Counted from the first letter of the stretch, positions 27,639 to 43,812 are shown. The stretch: DNA of 64,000 nt from Octopus vulgaris (GCA_951406725.2 OX597823.1:28892001-28956000), one strand, 5' to 3'. A program made the numbers and translations. The notes: a model not told the origin generated them from the letters alone.

Positions 27639-27860
27639 CCTCCACACTCACCAGATTTAGCGCCTTCAGACTATCATCTCTTCGGCACCACGAAAGAAGG
27701 TTTGAGAGGCAAACATTATTCCAGTGACGAAGAAGTGAAAACTTTAATGAAGACGTGGCTCAAAGAACAGTCAACAGAATTTTACGGAGCAGGAATATAT
27801 GCTCTCATTCGAAGGTGGAACATTGTTATTGAGAGAAACGGTGACTATGTTGAGAAGTAG
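27639..27860 (+). pseudogene. mariner transposase C-terminal fragment
   Basis: Open frame PPHSPDLAPSDYHLFGTTKEGLRGKHYSSDEEVKTLMKTWLKEQSTEFYGAGIYALIRRWNIVIERNGDYVEK*, containing the mariner (Y)SPDLAP.D motif and the typical G.Y.E ending. Confidence 0.93.
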
Positions 27861-28854
27861 GGATGTGATCCACAGTGGACCATTACTTTTTGAATCATCC
27901 TCTTATATATATATACATACAACAGTGACGTGCGTGATGTCCTAACCAACAGTTAAACAACGAAAATAAGTAAGTTTTGGATGTGACTGGCTTATGTACG
28001 TAATATCTGAATGGAAGTGGCATGAGCCAAGCTAGCTCCAAGGGGCATAGGACATAAGGGCACTGTAATAGTGCTGAGAAAGATAAAGAAATAAGATAGT
28101 ACGACTGTGGGACAGAGTGTCTGTAAGAGATTTTATTCCAATCCGTTAGTGATCTTTTCCCGGATCTTCTACAGAATAACTGTATGTGCAACGATAATAT
28201 TGTCCTGGATGTGAGTGCAATACTTCGTTGTGCATCTCGCCTGAGATTTATAGAGTAACAATAATTCTAGGGAGAGAAAAAGCTTCTTAATCTGTAGACA
28301 AGTGTTAATCTTTGGGATACCCAGGCTTGCGTACTGGAGTGAAACCCTTTCCAGCTGCATAGTTGCAGAAACACCGCGTCGAAACCCACCCCCGGTCAAT
28401 GGAATCCTTTGAAAGCTTCCATCTATATTTTTGTGAGGTTTTAAAAGATGACATCAAACGCAGCGAGGGTATTTTGAATCCGAAATATAAAGGGACATAT
28501 CTAAAAAAAGACCGGGTAGTTTTTTTGTTTGTTTGTTTGTTTGTTTGTTTGTTTGTTTTTTTATTTCGTGTGTTCATGTACCCGTTGTGTGTATTTTTCA
28601 ACTGAGATATAAAAGATACGTGTTCGAATGCGACTACCGAAAAGAGCACGTGACTCCTCTAAGAGACACGTAGAGACACAGGCCTCGTAAAATCATCCCC
28701 TTCCTCTTCCTCCTACTCCTCAGCATCCTCATCCCCCGATTACTTCAACTACATAAACGCTCTTGAAGCCAAAGTAACACCACTAGTGGTGCTACTGCTA
28801 ACATTACACACGTTCACTCATATCGAAACGTATGCAACACTAAGTTCAAATGCT

Positions 28855-31400
<2,546 letters not shown>

Positions 31401-31429
31401 ACGTTACAAAGATCCTGCTTCAACTCGTT

Positions 31430-31837
31430 TTTATCGAAATGACATCAGAGTATTAACCTAAAAAAATGTATAAAAGGCAAATTTGGTTCCCGTTGGTTTT
31501 GAACTCGGAACTCAAAGCAAGTTAATTAAATACGCAGCTGAGCATTTTGTCTGGCACCCCACCGGTTCTGTCATTCATCAGCATTTGGTAATGTTAAGTT
31601 TTTACAAAAGCAGAAGACTGCACAGCTTTGAGTGTAAAATCGATTTAACAGACAGCCACATGCAATTGGCATTTAAAAGACAGAACAGCCAAATCCACCC
31701 CGAATAGAATTTATATTTAAAACGTAGAAAATACCCGAAAGAATTTTGTTCCGCTCTCAACCAATTTTGCCCTTAAATATTGATAGATCTCATAGGCGAA
31801 TGCAGAGATATGTGGTTAAGACACTCGCATGTGTGTG

Positions 31838-31878
<41 letters not shown>

Positions 31879-33520
31879 GTCTTTATGCGTGTGTGTATGT
31901 GCGTGTGTATGTGTGTATGTGTGTATGTGTATGATTGTGTGTGTGTTTTTGTGTTTGTAGTTGTTTTCCACATGACTTGACAAACTGTGTTGGTTTGTTT
32001 ACGTCCTCTTAAATTAAGGGTTAGGCAAAAAGTACGATAGAATAAGAACCAAACTTTAATAAATAAGTATTGGAGTCGATTTGTTCGATTATACTCTTCA
32101 AGTCGGAAGCTCCAGCTCGGCCGCAGTTCAATGACGGAATAATGTAAACGATAAAAGATAAGTTCAAGGTCACATATTTTGTGTTTGAGGGAACCGTCTA
32201 TCATATCACTTCAACCTTTTTACTTGACTAGTACGGTAATTCATCTCTCACTAAAGAATAAAATGTAAAACTGGTCTCGGCGAGAATCGAACTCGGAACG
32301 TAAAGAACGAAACAGACATCGCAAGGCATTATATTATATTCGACAACCTACTGTTTCAGACAATCCATGATAGTAATTATTATGGCTTGCCCGAAACAAG
32401 TGCATAATCGAATAACTCTACGCTCGAACAGGCGTTTCAGTAGCTTCATATTTAGTATGAGGCTCTGATGAGTGTTGATTGGTTTGAAACTCCTGTCAAT
32501 GTGCAGGGATTGAAACTCCTGTCCTTGTACAGGGATTATATCTAAATGCCAAAAACAGTGTTTGCATTTCAATATTTATTTCTCTTTTATGCCAAGGTAT
32601 ATATAAATACAGATTAAGATTAAACTGGAGGATCAGTCTATACCTTCTCTATTTCACTTTCAAACGAAAACGATTGACAAGGACTCCCATGTACAACGTG
32701 TAGTAATAAAATATATGCTACTTAATAATGAGCCGTCAAGTCCACTTAATAATGAGCCTTCAAGTCCACAAATACACAAATTAGTTTGACTACTTGCGTA
32801 TAGGATCATCTATATTTCTCTGACACGCAATCATAAACCAGTCAAACAGTCAGTCGTGAGACGCCCTCCACACTTTTCCGCTTTTGATCCTTTTTAATGA
32901 CTAGAAGAACTCCTTTTGAATAAGAAGGCTAAAGGCCGGGGATATTATTGCAGAAAAGCGTTTATAGTTAAAGTTCTTGCGTGTATGGATATTTCGCTAC
33001 GTAAAGTCAAATGCAGGACATCTTCAGTCTGATGTCGACACTAGATAACAGATCAGACTCAACTGATTTCTACAAAATGCAGAATGAGAGTTTTTGTGGT
33101 GTTCAGATTAACTATTGATTCTAATTTAAGCGCAAGAACAGTAATCAGTGTTAGTCGATGCCATTGTCTCAAGTATTTTACCGGTACCACACTTTTGTAA
33201 GCCTGGGAAAATGAAGGGAAAAGTTGACCTCGACGAGATTTGCACTTAGAACGTAAAGACACGGAAGAAATAGCACAAATCATTTTTTCCAGTCAATCTG
33301 AGGAGTCTGCCAATCCACCACTCTGAAGTATTCAACTTAATAACAGCTTCAAAATGTGGCACAATCCAGCTTCTTTAATGAGAATAGCTTAATCAATTAC
33401 TTCGAGCCCAATGCCGAACTGGTAGTTATGTTATACAAAGGATGAAAGACATAGTCAACCTCGACGGAGACATACGAAGGTTTTGTCCGACGTGCTAACG
33501 ATTCGCTCAGCATACCGCTA
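31430..33520. mobile_element. Cluster of old SINE fragments: several SINE-A (-) and one SINE-B 3' half (+, about 31900-32160)
   Basis: Repeated degenerate GACCTCG.CG..ATTTGAACTC.GAACGTAAAG motifs, and GGAGTCGATTTGTTCGA...CTCCAGC..GGCCGCAG from family B. Confidence 0.6.
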
Positions 33521-33810
33521 TAAGATTAATAACGACACAAAATGTATTGATTTGGGTAGAATATGAATTTATGTAAGTCATAAAGATGACAAGATTAAAG
33601 TAAAGTTTCTATAGATCGCAGAGAAACAAAACACTGAATTTTTCGCTTCCATTTATCCAATTAGCGACGTAATTCTAGTGTTCCTTTCCCAGAAACGAAA
33701 CCCTATCACATGTTCCAAATCAGAGAGATTTCATCACAAGTTTGTTATCTGATGTTCCATCTGCCATATATACCAATGTAATTATCCAGAAATATCAAAC
33801 GTACACATGA

Positions 33811-33866
<56 letters not shown>

Positions 33867-34749
33867 GTGTGTGTGTGTGTGTATGTGCGTGTGCATGTGT
33901 GTAATTCCTCTTCTCTTATATCAGTACGACGCTAGGCCTTCACTCCATTCTTTAAGAGTTTTTTTGCACTTTGCGACCAAATGAATTAACAGTTACCAAC
34001 AAATTGACTCTACCCTATGCACTGACTAGTCTTTCTAATAATTATGATACATAAAATTCTTGCATAGCACACGCCATACATATGTGTGTGTGTGTACATA
34101 TAAATATATGATTATATATATAAGTGTGTATGTGTGTGTACTTATGTATATACATACACACATACACATGTATACAGTTATCTATATATATACATATATG
34201 GCTTGTCGAAATTTCGAAGTCACTGCAAAACTATTCTCGTTAAAGCATAATAAATTTGTACTGTACCAAATGTTCTCGATGATCCTTAAATTTTATGTAA
34301 ATTTGTGCCTGTTATAGTATAAAAACATTTATGTGCGTGCGTGTGTTTGTGTATGTGTGTGTGTGTGCATATGGAGAGAGAAAGAACAAGAAAAAGAAGA
34401 AGAGAGAGAGGGGGCGAGATGTATGTAGAATTTCTTTTCTCCCATTACACTAAGCGTTGGTAACTTGGAGGTTCATCTTTAATGACTGCTCTTTAATTCG
34501 TGAATAGCATAAAAATTACTTGCGCGCACACACACACACACACACACACCACGAGATGCAGAAATATACATGCATAGATAAACAGTGCATGTATGTATGT
34601 ATGTATGTATGTATGTATGTATGTATGTATGTATGCATGTGTGTGCATGTATCCATTTCTGATTATAAATTCTGGTTGTGATTATTGATTAAGTCCAACA
34701 CTTTCCTATCAAAGTACATACGTGCCAATCGATAATTGTGATATGAATA

Positions 34750-35580
34750 CTCTTCACGTCTGACTTTCCGCTACCATTTTCTCTATGGGTTCAAATCACG
34801 CTAGAGCCGACTTTTCTTTCATTTCTCGAGTTTTGGTCAAAAAATCAAAGCTCAGTCAACTTATGGATCAATTAACTCCCCTGGCACCCTTCCACAGATT
34901 TGTAGTCTTGTGGAAATGTCAAATATTGCAATTATTATCATCTCCAATATTCGGAGTTCAAATCACAGCGTGGTACACTTAGCCGTTCATCAAATCGAGG
35001 TCGATGAATTAAGTGCCAGTTGAGGTCCATATAATTGATTTGCTCCGTCTCCATAAAACTGCTGGCTTTGTTCTACAATTTTAAACCATTATTACTATTA
35101 ACGCTAGTAATATTATTTCTATTAACTATTAACAAGGCGGCGAGCTGGCAGAAGCGTTAACACGCTGGGCGAAATACTTACTGGTATTTCGTGTTTTTTT
35201 ACGTTCTGAGTTCAAATTCCGCCGAGCTCGACATTGCCTTTCATCCTTTCGGGGTCAATAAATTAAGTACAAGTTGCGTACTGGGATCGATCTAATCGAC
35301 TGGCCCCCACCGCAAAATTTCGGGTTTTGTGCCTAGAGCAGAAAAGAATATTATTACTATTAACGCGAGTGTTAGCCGAGCACTCAGTATTGTTTGAGCG
35401 TCGAACAAAATGCCTTGCAGTATTTTTGCCGTTTCATGGCGTTCTGAATTTAACTTCTGCAGAAGCCACGTTTGTCTTTCATATTTTTTCGGGACAGAGA
35501 AATTAATAACTAAAACCAAGTTCGATGTAATCGATTTGGCTTTTGCCTAAAACTGCTGGCATTGTGCCAGAATTAGAATT
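34750..35580 (+). mobile_element. Head-to-tail run of SINE-A copies, including a well-preserved short-tail copy at 35136-35350
   Basis: GGCGGCGAGCTGGCAGAAGCGTTA...GAGTTCAAATTCCGCCGAG...GCCTTTCATCCTTTCGGGGTC...TTGTGCCTAGAG; flanking copies are more decayed. Confidence 0.85.
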
Positions 35581-35682
35581 ATTATTAACAGTATTGCGTT
35601 TCCGGAGACTAGAAGCCAGCCGTCACTCACGATTTAGTAGAATGAAACATGCTTTCGCAAATCGTTTCCGATTCCTATAAAT

Positions 35683-35911
35683 CGGTGAGCTGGCAGAAAC
35701 GTTAGCACGCTGGGCGAAATGCTTTGCGGCATTTCGTCTCCCATTACGTTCTGAGTTCAAATTCCGCCGAGGTCTACTTTGCCTTTCATTCTTTCGAGAT
35801 CGATGAATTAAGTACCAGTTACGCACTGGGGTCGATGTAATCGACTTAATCCATCTGTCTGTCCTTGTTTGTCCCCTCTGTGTTTAGCCTCTTGTGGGTA
35901 GTAAAGAAATA
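35683..35911 (+). mobile_element. SINE family A, long-tail variant
   Basis: Highly similar to 58933-59163; tail CCTTGTTTGTCCCCTCTGTGTTTAGCC.CTTGTGGG.AGTAAAGAAATA. Confidence 0.92.
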
Positions 35912-36116
35912 TATAAATATCGCGGGCAGACATAGATAAACCTCTCAGCATCCCACTAACTTAGCAAAATCTCCAGGGTGTCACAGATGGAGCGAGAGAG
36001 AGAGAGAGAGAGGGGAGAGACAGACAGACAAACAGACAGATGCAGACAGACAGATACAGACATACAGACAGATACAGACAGACAGACAGTCAGAGTTGCA
36101 CTTGGATGATACTCAT

Positions 36117-36243
36117 TATAGTTGAAAGGACTGGAACAACATTAAATAACGTGCCTTGTCGTAGGACCCATCATGCGCCCTCTGGTCTGGGAATTGATCC
36201 CACGACTTCATGATCATAGACTGAATATCGTAAGCACTAGCTA
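36117..36243 (-). repeat. Left arm of a 127-bp inverted duplication (old SINE-C head)
   Basis: Reverse complement of 39769-39895; two mismatches by eye. Confidence 0.92.
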
Positions 36244-36589
36244 GGGTGCTTTCTCAACTGAAACTGGCCGATAATATTGATCTCTTTTGAGATTCACTTC
36301 AGATCAGAGTCGTAGATTTTTAGTGAGTGGTGACTGAAAATTCCTAAAGCTGCAACATTATGATAAATCTGAGGATTAAAAAATTTGATTTTCAATCACT
36401 TAATCCCGCATTCTATCGTACTGTGGCACAGCATATGTCTTTTACCAGAATTTGGATTTGACCTAATAGCTGTGAGTGAAATTGGGGAGATTAGAATTGT
36501 GCGAAAGCTTGTCCAGTTGAAGACATTGTCCGAAGCTCGGTTTAACACCCCACCACTTGCCATTTGATTCTTAGGTACATTTAACTGAG

Positions 36590-37240
36590 TCTATTTTATT
36601 CCAAACATTCGGTTTATGTCGCAGATATGAAGATAATCGTAAAGTTTGATCCATTGCTTCCAATGACGATAAACAGTGAGTCATGGTTTCACCCACCTTT
36701 ATATCCATTACTCCGTAAAACTATAAAAATCTTAGGTTCTGGCCTTTTCTTTCTCACTAAGCTTTCAGCAGAACAGCTAAACAATATTACATATTGTGAG
36801 AAATGCCTCCTTGTTTTACCGCCCAACCTACCTTAAATTTCATTAAGTATTCCTGAAAAGAGCCTATTGCCTATTATACGGCTCTTCTTTTATACCAGGT
36901 TTGAGCCTTTGGCTCATCGCCGAAATGTATCTTCGTTTTGTTTTTTCTATAAGTATTTCCATCGTCATTGCTCTGATGAACTTTCTGCTCCAACATCCTC
37001 TGTCAAGGCCTTAAAAGTGTCACTCGCTTCACTTCCCAGGAGCATCGTTCTTCTCTTGAGCTTCTTCTAAGTCATAAGACATATTCTAACAGATCCTGTC
37101 CTCAAACTGCTGCTTTCCTCATCATCGTCTTGTTTAAGCATTCTTTCAATCGACATCTTTTAAATTTTTAGGTCTCTTATTTTCCTTCATTATAATTCCT
37201 TGTGTTACAGTGGCCTCAAGACTTCTTTGGCATAAAATCA
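36590..37240 (+). pseudogene. Decayed 3' end of a CR1/L2-group LINE ORF2
   Basis: ORF 36867-37070 contains FEPLAHRRNVSSFCFFYKYFHRHCSDELS, matching the L.PL.HRR.VASL.LFY.Y..G.CS.EL motif at the C-terminus of CR1-group ORF2. Confidence 0.8.
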
Positions 37241-37487
37241 CTAAAAGAAACCCATAACGTACCTGAAATCGCATACTATTGTTTTAAAACGCAACGAAAC
37301 GTTGGATAATGTAGTCTTTAATATTCTGTTTTATTAAAATACGACAAGATGGTCACAGAACGCTGTTCACTGTGAATTTTTCTCAAGAACATCAACAACA
37401 GCATCAATGAAAATGCTGTGGGGATATTTTATGTGAGAGATGCAAAGAGTTACTATGAAACATCTTTAAACAGTTTAACGCACTTCA

Positions 37488-37873
37488 GGCGCACGAGTGG
37501 CTGTGTGGTAAGTAGCTTGCTTACCAACCACATGGTTCTGGGTTCAGTCCCACTGCGTGGCATTACTATAGCCTCGGGCCGCCCCAAGCTTTGTAAGTGG
37601 ATTTGGTAGACGGAAACGGAAAGAAGCCCGTCGTATATATGTATATATATATGTGTGTGTGTGTGTTCGTCCCCCCCCCCCAACATCGCTTGACAATCGA
37701 TGCTGGTGTGTTTACGTCCCCGTAACTTAGCGGTTCGGCAAAAGACACCGATAGAATAAGTACTAGGCTTATAAAGAATAAGTCCTTTGGTCGATTTGCG
37801 CGACTAAAGGCGGTGCTCCAGCATGGCCGCAGTCAAACGACTGAAACAAGTAAAAGGGTAAAGGAGTAAAGAG
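37488..37873 (+). mobile_element. SINE family B, full-length, with a small deletion in the CORE-like segment
   Basis: tRNA-like head GAGTGGCTGTGTGGTAAG (A box)...GGGTTCAGTCCC (B box); internal (TA)/(TG) run; tail GCGGTGCTCCAGCATGGCCGCAGTCAAA.GACTGAAACAAGTAAAAG. Confidence 0.92.
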
Positions 37874-38129
37874 TTATTCTCTTGGAAAGCAAACTCACTC
37901 GAACTGGGTCTATAGATTAGTCATTTCTCCCAGTTGTAGCTGTCTCGCTTCATTTACTATACGAATACTCTTGATAGATAAATGAATGTCGCAACAGCAT
38001 TTTCCAATTTTTTTTTTTTTACATATTTCTTTCTGTTGAACTCACACATTCAGGTTGAACAGTGACAGACACGGTACAGATACCGTACAAAATATCTCAG
38101 AGTAATTAATTGCGTCCTGTTATGTTCGG

Positions 38130-38370
38130 TGGAGGCGGTTAACCTAGTGGTTAATATTTTGCATTGAAGATCGGGAAATTTCAGTTTCGATTCCAAGGCC
38201 AGGTAGTGCGCTGCGTTTCCGAGCAAAACGTTTCATTTCGCATTGCTCCAGCCCACGCGGCTCTAAATGAGTAGCCCTGTGAGTAGCTGGCGTCCCGTCC
38301 AAGGGGAGAAAAATGTTGTGATCTCGGCCACAGACTCCGGGTAAGTGGCCCTATCAGTCCTGATACTTGA
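38130..38370 (+). mobile_element. SINE family C, diverged
   Basis: CTAGTGGTTA...GTTTCGATTCC...GAGCAAAAC.TTTCATTTC.CATTGCTCCAG.CCAC..GGCT.TAAATGAGTA...GGCGTCCCGTCCAAGGGG. Confidence 0.7.
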
Positions 38371-38569
38371 CAGAGTAATACCCAGGGGACATTTTATACT
38401 CGGCATTCAGCCCACAAGAAAGCATTTTGTCTTTCTGAAATCGATAAGTCCCAGTCATATATTTGGGTCCAGTCTAATACCCTTCTCTCTACAACCCACG
38501 GCCCAGAGTCAATATCAATAATAATAATTTTTATTTCTTTTCTTAAATCCTTATCATTAACATTGTCAA

Positions 38570-38740
38570 GACGGCTTGTTGGTAGACTTGTTAGCGCATC
38601 GAACGAAATGCTTAGCACTATTTCTTCCACCTCTTTACATTCTGAGCTCAAGTCCGCCAAGGTTAACTTTGCTTTTCATTCCTATGAATACCAGTCATGT
38701 ACTGGGGTCGATGTATTGGACTTGGCCCACCTGCCATCTT
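38570..38740 (+). mobile_element. SINE family A, diverged
   Basis: GTTAGCGCATCGAACGAAATGCTTAGC...CTTTGCTTTTCATTCC...ACTGGGGTCGATGTA. Confidence 0.75.
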
Positions 38741-39344
38741 TAGAAAAAAACTTTCAATAGCAGACATATTATATTTCATTTTGGATTTGCTGAATGAATG
38801 GAAGCACGCCCGATTGGATAAGAGGTTTGTTTCGCAATTATTTGGTCTCGCGTTCAATTCCACAATGCAGTCTCTTGACGCATTATGTCACCCTGATTCA
38901 GCCAGAGAATTGTGCTAAGGTTAGGCATGTCCGTGGAATACTCAGTCACTTACACGTTGATTTAAACGAGCAAATAGTTCAATTAACAGAACAACTGAAT
39001 GCTCACCGTCGAATCTGATGGCAGATCTACCATCATCATCTTAATTACCACTGCTACTCTCATCTTCATCGTTATCATCATTAAAAACAGATTGTTTCTC
39101 GCTTTCTATCTCTTGCGAAATAAGATGCCATCATGAATGCGAGGTGTCTCCCGTCTTAACGAAAATTTACTCTTCCTCGTGAAGTTTGAAATATCACCAA
39201 TAGAGAACAGGTTTCAGGAACTCTATAATATACACAATATATGGCACACACACACACACAAGTATATAAAGTTGGAAACAGTCTATGTAAAGATCTCTAA
39301 GAGCATATGTAAGTATTCTTACTTTAATATCCACCACAGGATCC

Positions 39345-39702
39345 TCTCCTTGTTGCATTGTGGTTGCTCGTGTTTTTTCAGTGACCCTGTGCACCATACC
39401 AGCAGAGCTCAAGTTCCTAGTAGGCCCCCACCCAACCATGCTTGAGATATCAAGAAATCAAGACAGAGGACAGGCAGATATAGCTCTTACCAGAGGTAAA
39501 AATGTGTTTCTGTAGGGCCAACACTCTTACGTGAAAAAAATGCAACGATGACAATTCAAAAGCAACAAAAGCTGGAAAAAGAAAACTTCCTTTCAAGAAG
39601 CATGAGTGGGTACAAATAAGGCACACTTTTCCAGAGTCGGGGACAGTGGGGAAAAGTGATGGAAGGCCTATGCTCCACAGGGAGAGAAAGACTTGTTATT
39701 AT
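39345..39702 (+). mobile_element. Probable internally deleted RTE-clade derivative
   Basis: The 3' end GGCCTATGCTCCACAGGGAG followed by a (TTA) tail resembles RTE 3' termini. The 5' part (GTGGTTG...TGACCCT...ATACCAGCAGAG...TCCTAGTAGG.CCCCACCCA) resembles an RTE 5' UTR. Assignment is from recall only. Confidence 0.5.
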
Positions 39703-39768
39703 TACGATATAATAGAGCTGGGTTTGAAAGGACAGTCTTAAGCTTCAAAATGCTATAGAACTGAAACG

Positions 39769-39895
39769 TAGCTAGTGCTTACGATATTCAGTCTATGATC
39801 ATGAAGTCGTGGGATCAATTCCCAGACCAGAGGGCGCGTGATGGGTCCTACGACAAGGCACGTTATTTAATGTTGTTCCAGTCTTTTCAACTATA
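39769..39895 (+). repeat. Right arm of the 127-bp inverted duplication
   Basis: Reverse complement of 36117-36243. Confidence 0.92.
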
Positions 39896-40907
39896 GTATA
39901 TATCTAATACAGCTGAAAGAAGTATCGTACAAAACTCTGAGAAACACACAGAAATAGCATTACATGTGTATGTGTGTGTGTATGTGTGTGTGTGTGTGTG
40001 CGTGTGTGTGTGTGTGTGTATACGTGTATAAAGAGAGAGTGAGAATGAGAGAGAGAGATGCACATGTATATGGTACTCTTACGGTGTAACAAGTATCTGA
40101 AATGAGCTTTGAATGGTTATACATTCTGTTGCCAGTTCTACAAGGTCTCAGATTCAGTATTACGTGGTTGCGCAAAAATCCGTTTTTCCATCTCAAACAT
40201 TTAACAGATAATTATAATTATTACCAAATTTTGATTTATTTGTTTTATAAATATTTAATAAAAATCTGGCAGATTAGTTTTTTTTTTTTTTTCCTTTCCT
40301 TTACTGTTTATTTCGTCATTAACCATGGAAAAAGTTTACAGCATCCAAAAAACAAAAAAAAACGATAAAGATTTTTCAATTAAATTTTAACAACGATTAT
40401 TATACATTACAAACTAACGTCTGCGCCACCAAGCAGTAGTTGTAGATGTGTTTCTCAGAGCTCTGAAAATCCATCTCTACATTCACATCCAGCTCTATAA
40501 AACATATTTAAAGTTATAGTAGTAACATTAGCTTCTCAGTGCTTTACACAACACTCACTCTATCTCTTTTCTGTTATATATGTATGATAAATAACTTAAA
40601 GAAAAAATATGAGCTTTCTAAATTTCTCCACAGAATGCCATCCAGTTCCGTTACTATATTATACATTTATGCCCTTCTTAGAGGTCTCAAAGAACCACAT
40701 TTAGCTTTATAACATATTAATTATATATCATACTACATGTTGGAGCTCTATGCTGGTTCCAACCTAAATCTGTTACATATATCAAATATATTATCATATA
40801 TATATGTGCTTCTTAAAAGACTGCAAAGAACCACTTTGTTACGCTACATATATTAATTATGTATTATATTATTCCTTGTAGGTGTGTGTAATATTCTTAC
40901 AGGTCCA

Positions 40908-41033
<126 letters not shown>

Positions 41034-41069
41034 ACACACACATACATACGCGTAAGTATTTATATATAT

Positions 41070-41440
<371 letters not shown>

Positions 41441-41514
41441 TGATATTTGAAGAGCTTTTTAAAGTTCTATACGGTCCTCTCAAAACCCAGCTCTATCATA
41501 TGTCTTATGTATTC

Positions 41515-41682
41515 TTTTCTTTTCTAGTTTAGGCACAATGCTCGAAATTTTTGGGGAGTGGGGCCAGTCCATTAGATCGACCCCAGTACACAAGTGGTAC
41601 TTGATTTATCGACCCCGAAAGGATGAAAGGCAAAGTCAACCTCGGCGGAATTTGAACTCTGAACGTAAAGACAAACGAATAC
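41515..41682 (-). mobile_element. SINE family A (short-tail variant), head truncated
   Basis: TTTATCGACCCCGAAAGGATGAAAGGCAAAGTCAACCTCGGCGGAATTTGAACTC. Confidence 0.9.
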
Positions 41683-41860
41683 ATATTATATGTAATAGTA
41701 CTTATAAGTATGGAAGTTTTTTATTGGACTTTTACGCCTTTTTAAGGGATCATTTGCATGGTCCTTTAATTTATCGGTTCTATTATATTTTGAAACTTAT
41801 AAGTGTCCCTTAGAAGTCCTTGTAACCCCTTCTACCACAACCGACAATTTCATTACATAC

Positions 41861-41923
<63 letters not shown>

Positions 41924-41991
41924 ATACATACATACATACATACATACATACATAATACATACATAGATACATACATACATACATACATACA

Positions 41992-42023
<32 letters not shown>

Positions 42024-42183
42024 CATATACCTATACGTATATATATATATATGATATATTATATTATATATACTAGAATATTTGAATGCGGTTGCTGGAG
42101 GTCTATACGCAACACATCGACACTTAACATTTCTGTTGTATGCGTGTGTGAGCGGATATATACATGTGTGTGTATATATGTGT

Positions 42184-42222
<39 letters not shown>

Positions 42223-42234
42223 CAGTATAAAGGA

Positions 42235-42339
42235 GAGAAAGTGTGAGAGAGAGAAAGAGATGGAAGGAAGGGCGGAAGAACGAAAGAGGGAAAGAACGAA
42301 AGAGGGAAAGAACGAAAGAACGAAAGAAAGAAAGAAGGA

Positions 42340-42379
<40 letters not shown>

Positions 42380-42582
42380 AGGAAGGAAAGAAGGAAAGAA
42401 AGAAAGAAAGAAAGGTGAAAGGAAAGAAAGAAAGGTGAAAGGAAAGAAAGAAAGGTGAAAGGAAAGAAAGAAGTAAGGAAGGAAAGAAAGAAAGAAAAGA
42501 AACAAGAAAATGAAAGAAAGAAGCCAGGAAAGAAAGAAGGAAATAAAAAGAAAGAAAGAGAAAGAGAGAGAGAGAGAGAGAA
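42235..42582. repeat. Polypurine (GAAA)n-derived tract
   Basis: Directly visible. Confidence 0.95.
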
Positions 42583-42589
42583 CTGCTGA

Positions 42590-43232
42590 TTAACCCCAAG
42601 TCAACCTTGATGAAGCAGAACTATGATCATAGGCGTTCCAGACGTGACTATATTATCTCATATGCCCTTCCCTTATTAGGGCATGTAACCGTGGATTGAA
42701 GAGATTTGCCTGCTATTTCTAGGAAATCGAACACGATATAAATTTTCCCTAAACAGTTCCCATTAAAAGTTGCTGTTTAACACAAGGTCGACCATTAACA
42801 GCGCAGACTTGCAATCAAAGACATTCCAGCCCTGATCACCCAGTCATCTCCCTCGGTACACTACACATAAAATTACAACTACATTAGCCATCTTTCATAA
42901 AAAAAAAGTTGGAAATGATTTGACTGCTATATCTAGCAAACATAATGTTCCCGTAGAGGCCCAATCGATGAATGGACTTCAAGCGGTTCTACAACCCATT
43001 CCCATCATTATGATATATAATATATGAGCCAGTTATTGGTATATTTTAACCCCAGGTCAGACGATGACCATCGAGTTTCTTTCATCTTTTTTTTTTTTTG
43101 TTATTTTACAGACAAAAACTCCTGGACAACATAACTACATTATTTAATCTGTATTATTTCTCCAAGATAACAGGGCATAGTTTTGGAGAATTTTGACTGC
43201 TATTTCTAGCAAAATAAGCGACTAAGTAGAAG
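42590..43232 (+). repeat. Three head-to-tail diverged copies of repeat family E
   Basis: Each unit starts TTAAC.C.A.GTC (about 42590, 42777 and 43047) and ends TTTG.CTGCTAT.TCTAG. Confidence 0.75.
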
Positions 43233-43419
43233 CTTCCTCTTAGCAGTTACAAGTGTCACCTACACGCATTTCTCCCACAATCTGCACACACCTATATAGT
43301 TCGTCAAACTTTATAACATACAATATACAATGTACCACCGATATATACTACTTCTCCCATTTCTACACCCAGCTATAGAGTTTTCCCAGCTCTATAACAA
43401 ATAGTAAATGAAGGACTAC

Positions 43420-43512
<93 letters not shown>

Positions 43513-43574
43513 CATCCATCCATTTATCTATGTATCCCTCCATCCTTCCATCCGTTGCTTATTTGCAAAAAAAA

Positions 43575-43812
43575 ATAAAAGAAAGAAATATAACATGTGA
43601 CTTCATTGACCGAGGTTACCGTGGTCTTTTCCGTAGGCTTTTCTTTCCACGGGTAAACCTCACCTGTCCTCCCCTTTACACTTCATATTGACATTTCTGT
43701 GATTACGATCCCTATTGATCGACCCCCCCCCTTTTTTTTACCCCCAAAAGAAAAGCTCTACCTTGTAATTTGTTCTGTCTGTGTACAGCCCTGTGTGGCT
43801 AATAAAGAAACA
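43575..43812 (+). mobile_element. Isolated 3' UTR fragment of a Tx1/L1-like LINE
   Basis: Ends CCTTGTAATTTGTTCTGTCTGTGTACAGCCCTGTGTGGCTAATAAAGAAAC, similar to the 3' end of the LINE at 13792-13860 and to the SINE-A long tail. Confidence 0.6.

Noticed and set aside
32722-32770. Short tandem duplications (24 bp here; also about 23663-23741 and 47112-47148)
   Set aside because: Ordinary slippage or repair duplications with no further structure.
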